From the NCBI GenBank assembly GCA_963729605.1, contig CAVSNY010000005.1:1-64000 (forward strand): DNA of 64,000 nucleotides. Reading direction: 5' to 3'. Positions within the stretch are counted from its first letter, which is position 1; every line of letters begins with the position of its first letter. The DNA is from an uncultured Gammaproteobacteria bacterium (GTDB taxonomy: Bacteria; Pseudomonadota; Gammaproteobacteria; DRLM01). A model generated the notes under the pieces. That model saw only the letters and a list, made by a program, of their open reading frames with translations, had not been told where the DNA came from and ran no database searches. A program made the translations under genes and the position numbers. This document shows, one piece after another, positions 53,151 to 61,735 of the stretch.

Positions 53151-53941
53151 AGCTCCACTCTGCGAATGATAATCACATGATGTAATGCAAACCACCTTTT
53201 GAATGGCGAGATCAGCGTTTCCAGCAAGCCGACAATCCCAGTGCAGGAATCCGGGAGAAGCTGCCGAAAATTTAGACCGCCGGAAAGCAGATACTTCAAA
53301 TAGTTTCCTGCGAGTTCCTGACGCACGATCTTGAGAGAGGGAAATCTTTTCTCATATAGCTCTCTATCGCGAACAAATACGATATAACTCAGCGCCTGAT
53401 TTGCGCTACTCATCGGACCAATCGCTGGGGTCTCCCAAGAGGGATAAGTCTTGTCGAAGCCTTCCGTCCGGAATAACCGCTTGTACAGAAAAGTGGCGAA
53501 CGGCCCATAATATGGCTCAAGCAAGATCGCCCCTCCGCCTGGCACCAATACCCTATCCAGCTCGTAAAAAAATCGGTCTGGATGCGGGAAGTGGTGAAAA
53601 CAATTCTGCCCGTAGATCACCTTGACAGACTGGTCTGTAAAATCCATCGCTTCCGCATTCACCACCTTGTCTAGATGAGGCGCATCCACAATATCCGTTG
53701 CCAACACTTCAGGATAGGAATCACGCATCGGCGAGATCCCGGCGCCCAACTCGACTTTTGCACCTTCACCTGAGAGGAACTGCTGCTCCAGCCTCCTAAA
53801 CAAATGATGAAATTCTATGAACACTTCGCGCAACATGCGTTTTTTCTCCAGCATCTTGCGATGTAATTCCAGCCGATTTTCACCATCAACGTCCATACCA
53901 TCGAGAAGCGGATCGCGCAGCCAATCGAGCAGCAATCTCAT
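53147..53941 (-). CDS. Class I SAM-dependent methyltransferase
   Basis: ELGAG, FHH, RVLVPGG, NQA. Confidence 0.8.
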   Translation of the reverse strand: MRLLLDWLRDPLLDGMDVDGENRLELHRKMLEKKRMLREVFIEFHHLFRRLEQQFLSGEGAKVELGAGISPMRDSYPEVLATDIVDAPHLDKVVNAEAMDFTDQSVKVIYGQNCFHHFPHPDRFFYELDRVLVPGGGAILLEPYYGPFATFLYKRLFRTEGFDKTYPSWETPAIGPMSSANQALSYIVFVRDRELYEKRFPSLKIVRQELAGNYLKYLLSGGLNFRQLLPDSCTGIVGLLETLISPFKRWFALHHVIIIRRVEL

Positions 53942-54957
53942 TTATCTGCCCCCTTCACCGATATGTCCCACGCACGGAACGCTTTATGCCTTGGCCTGCG
54001 CGGCACGGAACCAATGTCATGACCCAAGAAGGCCAATAGAAACTGCAAACCCATCAGAATGGGAAGCGCCGCCAGCATTACTGTCCCGGCCGACGTAACC
54101 GCGTTCTCCTGCGCCGAGTCGTACCAGCTGTACAGCCCAAACCCCGAGCCAAACAATAGGAGCAACAAACCCAGCGGCAGCTCGATGGATGCCAACGACA
54201 GATCACGAAGATAATAGTTGTAGAAGATGCGCTTGAAGAAATTCCGCACATGCTTGAACAAGAACTCGCCGATGATCTTTGATATCTTCAGGCTGCTCAC
54301 CTCTTCACCGTATTTCGCGCTCATGGGCACATCGACCACCACCGCCCGGAGTGTGTTGAGGCGGAACAGGATGTCGGTCTCGAAGAAATAACGTTTGCTG
54401 ATCTTAGTAAACGGCAAGTGCCGCGCAACATCTGCATGGATAGCGGTATAGCCATTGGTAGGATCGAACAGATCCCAATATCCGGTTGAGATCTTGGCCA
54501 TCAGTGACAGCACGGCATTGCCGAACAAGCGCACGCCTGGCATAACGCGAATCTCTTCGAGGTCAAAAAACCGATTTCCCTTCGTATAATCTGTTTCTCC
54601 AGCCAAGATGGGCTCAACAAAATTGGAGATAAGGCTTGGGTCCATTTGCCCATCCCCGTCCACCTTAACAATAACTTCCGCACCATCTTTAATCGCTACA
54701 CGGTAGCCAGTCATTACCGCTCCACCAACCCCCTGATTTTGCGGGTGGTACAGCACACTCACTCGATCATCTCGTACGTTAGCTTCGATAAATTTACCCG
54801 ATCCGTTAGGACAAGCGTCATCGATCACATATATACGCCAAACAAAGGGCGGAATAGCGGCTATCACATCGGCAATATGACGCGTCACCTTGTATGACGG
54901 AATGACTACGGCAATCCGCGCACCTGAAAATGGCTTCTCTATCAAATTAGAACTCAT
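53938..54957 (-). CDS. GT2 polyprenol-phosphate glycosyltransferase (GtrB/DPM-like)
   Basis: VIPSY, IDDACP, NQGVG, DGDGQ, KGNRF, two C-terminal TM helices. Confidence 0.9.
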   Translation of the reverse strand: MSSNLIEKPFSGARIAVVIPSYKVTRHIADVIAAIPPFVWRIYVIDDACPNGSGKFIEANVRDDRVSVLYHPQNQGVGGAVMTGYRVAIKDGAEVIVKVDGDGQMDPSLISNFVEPILAGETDYTKGNRFFDLEEIRVMPGVRLFGNAVLSLMAKISTGYWDLFDPTNGYTAIHADVARHLPFTKISKRYFFETDILFRLNTLRAVVVDVPMSAKYGEEVSSLKISKIIGEFLFKHVRNFFKRIFYNYYLRDLSLASIELPLGLLLLLFGSGFGLYSWYDSAQENAVTSAGTVMLAALPILMGLQFLLAFLGHDIGSVPRRPRHKAFRAWDISVKGADK

Positions 54958-57398
54958 TGTTTGAATGACACCTCGCTAACAGTGATGGGTATGCCGGTGT
55001 GGCCCGTTGCATAGACAATCGCAGTTATCGCACCAAGCGGAGCAGCGATTTCCATTGTGTGCGTTGTCTCGGTTGGCGTGCAGTCGAATACTTGAATATC
55101 CGTGCTTATGAACGCAGATCTTGAGTCAAGCCAGTTCACCTGTACTCGGCCCTGCGTTGGTTGGTCCTTGCAAAGCGCCGTTACGGAACCTTGATAGCGT
55201 CGGCCCCCTGTAACAGACACCGACTGCGATGCTGGCGCCCCCACAGAAACCGAAATACTGCCGGCCTGTTGCTCAGAATGCATATTGGATGGCAACGACC
55301 ACCCTTCATAAGACCAAAAATCAGGGTTCTTCAATAACTCAGTTTGAAAATACAAGCTTCTTTTTAGCCTGCGAACGGCAACTGACCCCTGTGCGTTAAT
55401 GATTTCTGTTGCATCTTCGATAATCATCCGCTTATCTGCGCTGCCCCAATTGCTGTCGATAATTATGTAATAAACGCCTTTATCCATGAGCAGTTCAGCC
55501 ACATGGTCTGATGTTGTAGCCCCCGTTACTTTTGACTGGAATTGGTAGTTGTACCAGTTTGGGTAAAGCCCATCCGAGCCAAGACCTGCTGTCAAGGGAG
55601 AAGCAAAAACCGCGACAGGGGCACGCGCCGTGTTGAGCTGGTTTACCAGCTCGACTGCATTTCTGATGGGCAGTCGATTGCTGAGGTAGTTCTCTCGACC
55701 CGAATGGCTCAACAATGGCTGTAGTGACAGATCCCCATAATATGTCCCCGACCTGAAAAACAACACGTTCAGAAAGACTGTCGCCCCTCCAACCATGTAC
55801 AGGATTTCTCTGAAGAATCCGGCGTTCATTTGTACCGTCGACAACGCCACACCAATAGCTGCAGCACCCCACGCAAACGAAGGGAAGACATAACGCAGGT
55901 AAGAAATTGATTGAAAGGTCAATGCAATGCAAAATACGGCCACTAAAAGCAGGATGACACCTCTACGCCGCCGGGAAAAAAGCAGAATCAACAGCGCAGG
56001 GAACAAGAGAAGCAGCCAAATAAAGCCTGGCGCTCCAGGTCTACTTTCCAAGAACCTCTCGGTATGGAAAGTCGCTTGATAAATCACATCCCAGGTCAGC
56101 CCTTTACCAAAGACGGCAGGCGCTTCGAATGCCACTGCAGGCCAAAATGGAGATCTGAAGAATTGGTTGAAGAATGGGAAAACAGGGTTACCTGTCAGAT
56201 ACCACGCGGTAATGTAAGGGATGGCGCCCACGGCCAGAAATAAAATCAAGCCCAACGTAATCGCGGTGAGTAAGCTGCGCTGCGCCCAATTACGATAACG
56301 CAATAGCAGTAAGAGCAGGAGCACCGGCAGAATCGTGAGTGTCACTGCCTTCGCTGCCGATGCAGCGCCTAGTAGCAAGCCGGCTACAGGCAGGTGCGCT
56401 GCTTTGTTCCCGCCTGTCTGGATTAACTTGAAAATCGATAGTGATCCTGCAACAACAAACGTTGCCCAGACAGACTCAATAAACAGGCTACTGCTTTCTG
56501 TGAAAGTGAGCGGGGTTGTCAAAAACAGCAGTACCGCCCACCTCCCGCCTTGTGCAGTTCCGCCTGCCCATATCACCAAGTCACGCACGAGCCAGGCCAA
56601 CACAAAGATGAAACCGACATTAATAAGGCGTGCAGCCGTCTCTCCCGCCAGCATGTAACCAATCGCAAATATCCAGTCACCCATCATCGGCATGACCGCC
56701 CAAACGTAGGTATTTACATCAAACCCCCATTCATGGCGTGTCGCCAGATGTCCTGGAATGAAAAGATGCATGGCAAGCGCATCATGCCCAACCTCCGGCA
56801 TAAGTGCCACGGTAAAGTGGATAAGCGCAATGACGGCGATACCCAAATCAAACCATTTTGATTCGGACGTGTGGTTCATCTTCAGCTTAATTGAATGTAT
56901 CGCGTCATATACGGAACGCCACCCCAAAACAATTGGGGCGGCCAACGCGACTCCATAGACGCCTGGATAATTGATCTGAAAATGCGCGGCAAGCCCCACG
57001 GCTGTCCCATATACGGCTCCCCCAACCAAGGCGGCGGTGATGCCTGAAATTTGCTCTTTATCTATCTTCAAAAAAGTGAGTATGCCCCTGCCCAGTATGA
57101 AAGAGGCAAAAGCAAACCATATAGTGACCAGTAGGGGCCAGATCGTGCCGGTAAAAATGGTAATTGCGAAGGCGATTACAACGCCAGCGGCCAATCGGTT
57201 AACCTTTAGCCAAGAAGAAAATGTGACAAGCACAACAAGACCAGCAGCAAGAAAGAAAAAATAACGAAATACTGAGTCCCATGCGAACGGCGACGCCGTT
57301 GGCCAGGGCATTTGCGAAAGGCCGAATAAGGTCACAGTCACCCCAATGATGACGGACATCAAGACCAAAATACTCCTAAGCACGCTCACCAACGGCAA
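54954..57398 (-). CDS. Polytopic membrane protein, putative GT-C glycosyltransferase with C-terminal periplasmic domain
   Basis: More than 10 TM segments, DALAMH, AAKA, TGNPVFPF, RY motifs; adjacent to GtrA/GtrB-like genes. Confidence 0.7.
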   Translation of the reverse strand: MPLVSVLRSILVLMSVIIGVTVTLFGLSQMPWPTASPFAWDSVFRYFFFLAAGLVVLVTFSSWLKVNRLAAGVVIAFAITIFTGTIWPLLVTIWFAFASFILGRGILTFLKIDKEQISGITAALVGGAVYGTAVGLAAHFQINYPGVYGVALAAPIVLGWRSVYDAIHSIKLKMNHTSESKWFDLGIAVIALIHFTVALMPEVGHDALAMHLFIPGHLATRHEWGFDVNTYVWAVMPMMGDWIFAIGYMLAGETAARLINVGFIFVLAWLVRDLVIWAGGTAQGGRWAVLLFLTTPLTFTESSSLFIESVWATFVVAGSLSIFKLIQTGGNKAAHLPVAGLLLGAASAAKAVTLTILPVLLLLLLLRYRNWAQRSLLTAITLGLILFLAVGAIPYITAWYLTGNPVFPFFNQFFRSPFWPAVAFEAPAVFGKGLTWDVIYQATFHTERFLESRPGAPGFIWLLLLFPALLILLFSRRRRGVILLLVAVFCIALTFQSISYLRYVFPSFAWGAAAIGVALSTVQMNAGFFREILYMVGGATVFLNVLFFRSGTYYGDLSLQPLLSHSGRENYLSNRLPIRNAVELVNQLNTARAPVAVFASPLTAGLGSDGLYPNWYNYQFQSKVTGATTSDHVAELLMDKGVYYIIIDSNWGSADKRMIIEDATEIINAQGSVAVRRLKRSLYFQTELLKNPDFWSYEGWSLPSNMHSEQQAGSISVSVGAPASQSVSVTGGRRYQGSVTALCKDQPTQGRVQVNWLDSRSAFISTDIQVFDCTPTETTHTMEIAAPLGAITAIVYATGHTGIPITVSEVSFKQ

Positions 57399-57816
57399 CC
57401 TTTCTGCGGTAAAAAAGCTCTGTATTCATAACTCCGATGGATTGTATATCCTCGCGCTCATACCCGACTTCAAAACCCAAGCTCGTCAAGAATGCTTGTA
57501 GTTTTTTCCATAGTTCGATACGCCAAAACCACACCCCAAATCAGCGGTAATATCTGGCAGTTTTTTGTCGATCTTCAACAAAAAAGAGTTGATCTACCTC
57601 GCACATAATAGGCGAAACCAAACCGTATGTTGAAAAGCAATCCCGCTTGGAGTCCCCTCTATGTTGAAATTTAATATCTCATCCAAATAAAACTCCTCGG
57701 AATCCGCAGGAATCGCTGGAAGGAGCCTTTTTCAGGGAACTTCGATGTGGCGGCTGAAGGCGTATCAATAAATGTCAGCGCTTTAATTAAAGTTCGTCGA
57801 AGGAAATTTTTTATTT

Positions 57817-60800
57817 TCATGACTTAGTATCCTTGTAAGCATGAGGCACCCACGCCCCCCACTTGGCCTCATAAATTTTCTTGTTGTCTTCAAACAATTT
57901 TTGCCGATCTTGCTGCTTCAGTTTGTCGAATGATGCCGAGAGTTGGTGATGAATAAACACATCTTCAGCACAAACCACGCGTAAACCGAGCTGTTCTATA
58001 CGGCGACAGTAATCGTCATCTTCAAAGAATCCACGGCCAAAGGCTTCATCCAATGTGCCGACGCGTTCGCAGGTTGCGCGGGGCATCATGACGCAGAAAA
58101 AAGCGGCAGTTCTTAGCGGGTAGGTTTGCCCAATACGTCGGCGCGTGTAGGTAGCCGACTTCAGGCGCATCTCGTCCATGCCATCGTAGGTAATATCTAT
58201 CTTGGCTTCATTGCCGATATTGTTCGTTACCGGGCCGATTAAACCGATGGTTTTATCTCGTTGAAGATGCCGAACGAGAGTACGAATCCAGCCGAGCGTA
58301 ACGTAGGTGTCGTTGTTGAGCAGTACCAAGTACTCGCCGTTAGCGACAGCCAGCCCCTGGTTGTTTGCCGCAGCGAAACCCCGATTATCGTCGTTGAGGA
58401 TCAGCCTTCGGTTCTGTCCATTCGCAACCCACTCGGACAAGAATTCCGGGGTGCCATCATTGGAGGCATTATCAACCACAATGATTTCCAAAGGTTCGTA
58501 TTGACTATATTTATCGATGCTTTCAAGACACGCGTGTGTGAGATCTATGTTGTTGTAGGTTACAACAATGACGCTTACTTTGACGTCGCGGGTAACCGAC
58601 TCGGCTTGCTCAATGAGCGCTTTGGCTCGGCGTTGCCAGGTTTGCCCTTGCGCGAAGACTTTGCGTTTTTGCACTAGAGAATCGGGCTCCGGTTGACTTA
58701 ATACTTTACTCACTGCGGCGAGGAAAGCATCTTTACCTGCCACTGCGTATACCAGGCCGTCAAACTGCGCCATCTCCGGCAAATCAACGGCGACAATGGG
58801 TTTACCAGAGCCCAGATATTCGTAGGCTTTGACAGGATTCGTGGCCAAGGTAAGCGGGATAATCTTAAATGGCAACAGACAGACATCGAAGCCATGTAGA
58901 TAATGCGGCAGCTCACTGTAGGGCACTTCACCCGTGAAAGTGACGTTATCTAGCTTTGCGAGCCTTGACTTCGCATTAACGGTATCCGCACCGACCAACA
59001 ACACAGAACAATCCGGATGCTGCCTGGCGACGGACTCAACCAGATCCAGGTCAAACCACTCGGCAATTGCACCGTAGTAGCCAATAACTCGACGCCCCCA
59101 CGGATCGTGATAGATGCTATCTGGCACTTTTGCAAAGTGCTCGTATTCACCTGCATTGCGGATCAGCGCACGATACTTGGCATGGGGAGTGATGGCGTCG
59201 TCCAGCCAGGTGGATGTGGTAATGGCCAGTTCCGCTTCGCTCAATAGTTGTTTCTCTAACTGCAGCAAGGATTCGGCATTATTGCCAAAGCCTTCGTGAT
59301 AATCCATGCAATCGTAGACCAGTCGGCTGTTGGGCAGCACAGAAGCCATGTCGTACCAAAAGGGATGATTAACCAGTGAAATGATCTGCCTACAATCCGC
59401 CCAGTCCAACACTTCACCGATGCTTCGTCTGAGCTGAGCAATGGTTTCCAGACTCGGGGCATCCGAATAAATGGGAGGTGCCCCCTTGGCAAACAACTTG
59501 ATCTGAAAAAGCTGGCCCGAAGCATCCAACGCCTCAGCCTCAAAGCCGGCACGTTTGTCATCCACCAATGCTGGTGAAATGTAGAAAACCCGCCGGCCTG
59601 CTGCAGCCAAAGCCAATGCTAATTGCTGAGGTCGCTGATGACGAAAATTCCAGTCGATGACGCCCCAAACAACATAGTCCGGCTTGTCGAATTGTTGAAC
59701 GCCCGGAATAAGCGTCGGGGCGTTGAATTGCAAAACCAGAGATGGACTACTTTGAATTGACCGGATGGTTTTAAGAACCAACTGATGATAGAAAAAACTT
59801 ACCTGTTTTTTTACAGGTGGGGACAGTGGTAGTTGGTGGTACCGATTGCGTAATGTTTTGGTTATCTGCCTTTGATCTTCGCTTGTGAGCCCGTAACGAA
59901 ATAGGCGAGCAACAAATCGCAAGGGCCGGGTAAGCCGCCAAGAGGCACTTTGCTTGATCAAACTAGCAAGTGCTACAGCACTGTCTCGCTCTGCCATAGC
60001 ACTGTCTCGCTCTGCCATAGCACTGTCTCGCTCTGCCATAGCACTGTCTCGCTCTGCCACAGCACTGTCTCGCTCTGCCAATTGTCGCAAACTCGCCACA
60101 TAATAATGGCGGTACGTTTCATCCATCAACTTACGGAAAACTAAGTCAGCCGCGGATTGGTCCATCTCACTAACTGGCGGGCTTATGGGAGAAAGGTGCT
60201 CACGTGTAGCAATTACAAATTGTCGATAATGGGGCGCATTGAAGTCAAGCGCATAGAGATCCAAATTAAATCTTTCACTTGCTTCCAAAACAATATTTTT
60301 AAGAACTGGAACATTCCATGCACAAACCACAAAGCCAAGAAGTTCCTGCAACCAAGGCGCATGACCATGGCCGATTGTTTGGCAATGCCAACCTAATCGG
60401 CCAAGATGCTCAACTACCCCAGCAAGAGAAGGGAGTCCAAAACTGCGGTGCTCCTCTAGCCAAGAATAATCACGTCCGAAAATGGTGCGGTATTGATCGT
60501 CAATAGCTTTGTCGGTCTCTAACGCATCAGATGAATCCGAAGTGGGGAAACCGAGAATTAAAGTGTTTTTGCCTAGTGACGACATCCGCTCCAAGAATGT
60601 CTTCCGATGTTCGGAAGGCACATGTTCCAAAACATCTACCGCAGACACGCAATCAAATAATTGACCGTCTAATTCACTGGCAAATACGTTGCCTGTAATT
60701 TTCCCCTGTCCGGAACCCCGTGGGATCAGAGGATCAACGTAATTCATCGAGGCATCCGGCATGAATTGGCCGAACAAGCACTCTGGACCACTGCCAATAT

Positions 60801-60885
60801 CGAGAATGGTATTGCCCGCAACAAAGCCCGTTTGGCGAAGCAAATCCGAGCAGGCTTTATAGCGGCTATATTGGTCGAATATCAT
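57817..60885 (-). CDS. Multidomain methyltransferase / coiled coil / GT4-like / GT2 protein
   Basis: LDIGSG..DVLEHV; AERDSA[MV] repeats; SWRLTRPLR; QRPQ..YDCMD..NPVKAYEY; VVTYN..LLNND..FEDDDY. Confidence 0.9.
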   Translation of the reverse strand: MIFDQYSRYKACSDLLRQTGFVAGNTILDIGSGPECLFGQFMPDASMNYVDPLIPRGSGQGKITGNVFASELDGQLFDCVSAVDVLEHVPSEHRKTFLERMSSLGKNTLILGFPTSDSSDALETDKAIDDQYRTIFGRDYSWLEEHRSFGLPSLAGVVEHLGRLGWHCQTIGHGHAPWLQELLGFVVCAWNVPVLKNIVLEASERFNLDLYALDFNAPHYRQFVIATREHLSPISPPVSEMDQSAADLVFRKLMDETYRHYYVASLRQLAERDSAVAERDSAMAERDSAMAERDSAMAERDSAVALASLIKQSASWRLTRPLRFVARLFRYGLTSEDQRQITKTLRNRYHQLPLSPPVKKQVSFFYHQLVLKTIRSIQSSPSLVLQFNAPTLIPGVQQFDKPDYVVWGVIDWNFRHQRPQQLALALAAAGRRVFYISPALVDDKRAGFEAEALDASGQLFQIKLFAKGAPPIYSDAPSLETIAQLRRSIGEVLDWADCRQIISLVNHPFWYDMASVLPNSRLVYDCMDYHEGFGNNAESLLQLEKQLLSEAELAITTSTWLDDAITPHAKYRALIRNAGEYEHFAKVPDSIYHDPWGRRVIGYYGAIAEWFDLDLVESVARQHPDCSVLLVGADTVNAKSRLAKLDNVTFTGEVPYSELPHYLHGFDVCLLPFKIIPLTLATNPVKAYEYLGSGKPIVAVDLPEMAQFDGLVYAVAGKDAFLAAVSKVLSQPEPDSLVQKRKVFAQGQTWQRRAKALIEQAESVTRDVKVSVIVVTYNNIDLTHACLESIDKYSQYEPLEIIVVDNASNDGTPEFLSEWVANGQNRRLILNDDNRGFAAANNQGLAVANGEYLVLLNNDTYVTLGWIRTLVRHLQRDKTIGLIGPVTNNIGNEAKIDITYDGMDEMRLKSATYTRRRIGQTYPLRTAAFFCVMMPRATCERVGTLDEAFGRGFFEDDDYCRRIEQLGLRVVCAEDVFIHHQLSASFDKLKQQDRQKLFEDNKKIYEAKWGAWVPHAYKDTKS
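59977..60080. repeat. In-frame 21-bp tandem repeat, 5 copies
   Basis: AGCACTGTCTCGCTCTGCCAY units; each encodes one heptad. Confidence 0.95.
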
Positions 60886-61703
60886 GCTGGCAGCACACGA
60901 TTAATCTTATTTGAAAAATCTTCGACGTAATATCTAACTTCTTGGATTTGTTGTTCAGTCATTAAATTACGATACCCCCCTATTGATTGCGTATCTATAC
61001 TGCGGCGCGGGTTGGTTTCACCAATCGCAATTCCGTTTTCATCAAGCTCTGCATGAGGATGCTCGGGATGGCTAAGTAACGAGTCGCTCCAGCTCACCCC
61101 CAAGAACTGGACAAGTTTTAGTAACTCACTTTTTGGTGACCCGACCAAGGATTCATATCTGATCGCATAAGCGGGTTTATTGCGATCAAGCAAATCAAAA
61201 AATCCTTGATTCTTGATTTCCCAATAAAGCGCACCTACCAAATGAACAGGTAGTCCATGACGCTCTAAAGCCATATATTTTTTCTTGTATAAAGCACTGA
61301 TACTTGGGCGTTGAATCAACGCCTGAAGAATACTGCGGCCATATCGGTTTATCCAAGAAGCTCCATCCAGTGCTTTTAACCTCATCATTGATCCAATGAC
61401 ATCTAAAGCATTCCTATAGATATGAATAACTTTTTGATCTTTATAAAAAGAAGGAAATGCGCCATAGTCTGGATCGCTAAACTCCGACCACGTTAATTGC
61501 TCTGTAAAACGCGGAATTTTAAACCCCAGTAGCGCGGCCCCATTTTTAACAAGGAATTCGCTACTCTCGCCTTTTGACTCACTCACAAGAAGGTCGTAAC
61601 CAGCGGCCTCGTCGAAACACTGAATAGAAGGATGCGACTCAAGTATCAATCGGAGCATGGTTGTCCCAGAACGCTGGCAGCCAGCAATAAAAAAGCGATT
61701 CAT
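60882..61703 (-). CDS. Sulfotransferase family protein
   Basis: GCQRSGTTML PAPS loop, HP, RNALDVIGS, RYESLV. Confidence 0.85.
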   Translation of the reverse strand: MNRFFIAGCQRSGTTMLRLILESHPSIQCFDEAAGYDLLVSESKGESSEFLVKNGAALLGFKIPRFTEQLTWSEFSDPDYGAFPSFYKDQKVIHIYRNALDVIGSMMRLKALDGASWINRYGRSILQALIQRPSISALYKKKYMALERHGLPVHLVGALYWEIKNQGFFDLLDRNKPAYAIRYESLVGSPKSELLKLVQFLGVSWSDSLLSHPEHPHAELDENGIAIGETNPRRSIDTQSIGGYRNLMTEQQIQEVRYYVEDFSNKINRVLPA

Positions 61704-61735
61704 TAACCACCTCTAAAATTTTGCACAGCGCTCTC

